From: Neocallimastix sp. 'constans'
Taxonomy: Eukaryota
NCBI GenBank assembly: GCA_050613775.1
Contig: JBODTK010000105.1
Coordinates: 124,001 to 188,000, forward strand
DNA: 64,000 nucleotides
Direction: 5' to 3'
Under the pieces are notes generated by a model. It saw nothing but the letters and a program-made list of their open reading frames with translations. It had not been told where the DNA came from and ran no database searches. This document shows positions 61,201 to 64,000 of the stretch, in pieces. The position numbers and the translations under genes were made by a program. Position 1 is the first letter of the stretch. Every line of letters starts with the position of its first letter.

Positions 61201-63950
61201 TGTTGTTGCGGTTGATATTTTATCTTTTTCTTTATCTTTTTCTTTGTCATTATCATTATCATTATCATCATTATCATTATTACTATTATTATTATCATTA
61301 TTGTTATCATTAATAATATCATTATCATTATCATTATCATTATTATCATCATTATTATTATCAATATTATTATTATTATTATCATTCTCTTTCTCCTCTT
61401 TTTCTTTTTCTTCTTCTTTTTCTTTTTCTTTCTCTTTATCCTTATCTTCATCTTTATTATTTTTAATTTCATTTTCAATAGATTTTTCTTGAGCATCGAT
61501 TGTATTAGTGGCAGTTGTATTTGTTGACGCTTCTGCTGCCTTAATTTTATCTATAAGATCTTCAAATTCCGAAAGATCATATTCACGTGCTAATATTAAA
61601 AAGTCATTTGATTCTGAAACAAGCATAAAACCATCCTCTAAACGACTTTGATATAATAAATAAAAGGCTAATTCATGCATATGAGTTTTCATGCTGAGCG
61701 ATTTAACTGAAACATCTGAAAGATAAATCCATCGATAATGTTTCATATAATCTAATACAATAGGATGAGAATGGAATGGTATCAAAATATTCATTTCATT
61801 AATAAATTTACGTAGAGAACGTGTTGATAATGTTGCACGTCCATTACCGGAATAAAAGTTAGAATTTTTATAACGAATGAGTATACGAGAAAGATTCTTT
61901 TTCAAAACGTAAATTGGCCTTATCTTATTATCAAGACCATTTCGAGCGATATGCTCTAGAGCTGAAATTTCGGAACGCATATTATTAATGATGGCTTCAC
62001 GATCTTCTACAGAAACGTTAAAGAATACCAAGCATAAAGAAATAATACCTTCTGCTTCTAAAATAATACGAGCCATACAAAAACCAGTAGGTTTTTGAAT
62101 GGTACTAATGGAAGTAGCCGGAGTAGAGGAGGTTGAAATTGGCGTTGGACTGTTTAAACTTGTTGCGGAAATTTTAATTGAAGCAGAAGATTCACCATTT
62201 ATTCTACCCGAACCGGAACCAGGAAGTGATTCTTGACTGAGAGTAGTTGTATTTTGTGGTGCTGATCCAACTTTAACAGTTAATTTTTGACGACTGGTTT
62301 TACGTGATGAAATCGTTGGTGTATTAGAACGAGATGATGATTCAGTTTGATGAGAAGTTTCACTCTTACTTTGAAGATTTTCTTTATCTAATGTATGATT
62401 TGAATTAAGAAGGGTAGAAGCAGAAACTGAAATACTTCTAGGTCTTTCTCCACCACCATTTGAATTTGAAATTAATGGAGTTGAATTGGTGGTCATGCTT
62501 GAATTAAACGAGGGAACAAATCGAATAAAAGTATTTTTTGGAACAACAAAGGAAGCCCATTCATTGAAATAACGTGAAATGAGTGTCAACGCGATTCCAC
62601 GTTTACTACGACTATTATCTGTAAGGTTACCATTTTGTAAAAGTGAATTAATGTTTGCATATGTAGGACAAATAATTAATTCAATACGAGCTTCATCGAC
62701 TAAACTACGAGTAGATTTATTCAAAACGATTTGATTAATATATTGCCAAAAACTAATATGTTGATCATCATTTAAATCAATACCATGATTTGCCATAATA
62801 CTTCTGGAACTACTGTCACTATTGGAATGTGGACGACCACTACCACTTGCACTAGTAATTGCAGAGGAATCTTGTTGAGAGTTGGCAAAAAGAGAATGCT
62901 TAGCATTAAAGGATGCGACAAGTTTTAGATTTTCATCGGTTTCCCAAATAGATTCTAAAATGGAATGAAGACTAACCAGGTTCTCATGATTTGGATTAAT
63001 GAACGAACCTCTGGATTCAAAATGATTGATAAAGAAAAGAGCAAAAGTATGATGTGCTAATATATTCAAACTTACTTCAATCTTATAGCGTTTAGATAAT
63101 GGGGGTGGATTGAATAGCGGTGAACCACTAGGGCCACCATTGCTACCTACAGTAGATGAATTAGAACCTGAAGTGATAGAAGTTCCACCAGCTGATGGAG
63201 AAGAACCAATTCCTGAAATACTATTAGATTTTTGGGCCATTGACATAAGACTGGAATAATACATACTGGAATTATGAGAACGCCATGGAGCTCTTAATGA
63301 ATATTGAATAGTAACATTGGAGAAAAGATGTAAATTCATTACAATTTCAATTTTATCAGTTCGACCACTCTTAGTAGACGAATGAAGTATAACACCATGA
63401 ATACAAAATCCTTCGCGTAAACGTGTAGATAGTATATGATCCAATTCCACGTTTAATGTATATTCCTTATATCCACAAAGAATTTCACTAGAAATTGGAG
63501 GTTGACTATTAATATCCCATGGGAATTGAGAATCTTGTGAACTGAAATCATGAATGATTGACATCTTCGAAATTTTAATAAGACGAGGTCTTGGAATATC
63601 TACAATACGTTCACGACCATCATAAACAGAGTTATAACGATTATCTGAATTGAGTTTAGTAAATGAACGTTCTCTTAAAATTAGTGTATGATGATAAAAG
63701 TTTGGTGAAAGTGAGGAATCCTTTTCATCATATTCATCAAGTAATGGACAATCACTAGAATAAAGAAATTTTCCAGAGGTAGCCAAAGCAATAAATCTCA
63801 ATTGTTCATTATCTACAACGTATCCAAAATTAGAACTTGGTATATATCCATCGCATGAGCCTACCTGAATAACAGTTACTAATACATTATCTTTAACCAA
63901 TTTTCTACATGAATCCTTTAACATTGAACTTCTATATCTATTTACACCAT
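58256..63950 (-). CDS. SZT2: SZT2-like protein, large internal exon (gene is 5'-partial; upstream exons lie beyond the window)
   Basis: 1890-aa ORF; the acceptor TTAG at 63954-63951 restores ..DGV. SZT2-like segments include IQVGS..FGYV.D.E.LRFIALATSGKF, RLREGF, ELWMEP, F.KSIY..L, PLFIRLE and VNRLILLRMLHD. Low-complexity D/N/E/K inserts are present. Confidence 0.8.
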
Positions 63951-64000
63951 CTAAATATATTTATATATAATATATATTTACACCATATATATATATATAT

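Overview
This is extremely AT-rich eukaryotic DNA with long homopolymer and microsatellite tracts, very large exons and CBM18/dockerin-like remnants. It is most consistent with an anaerobic gut fungus (Neocallimastigomycota); this is inferred from composition and gene content. From left to right: (1) a large minus-strand membrane glycosyltransferase resembling Aspergillus Gtb3 / PelF-type GT4, with two exons visible, running off the left edge; (2) about 17 kb of low-complexity intergenic DNA with minisatellites and a decayed CBM18-containing pseudogene; (3) a solitary, intronless, streamlined 723-aa RNA polymerase largest-subunit homologue with a QADFDGD active site, which stops just after the bridge helix like archaeal RpoA' and is the most unusual item; (4) three related Mutator-like MITEs with 9-bp TSDs; (5) a 20.6-kb triple nest of young LTR retrotransposons (Ty1/copia > chromoviral Ty3/gypsy > second Ty3/gypsy), each apparently with a different priming mode (half-tRNA-Lys, Tf1-like self-priming, 3'-end tRNA-Ala), plus a tRNA-like Pol III cassette inside one LTR and a -1 frameshift pseudoknot; (6) the last two exons of an SZT2 (KICSTOR) homologue on the minus strand. 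All calls come from reading the sequence; no database searches were run.
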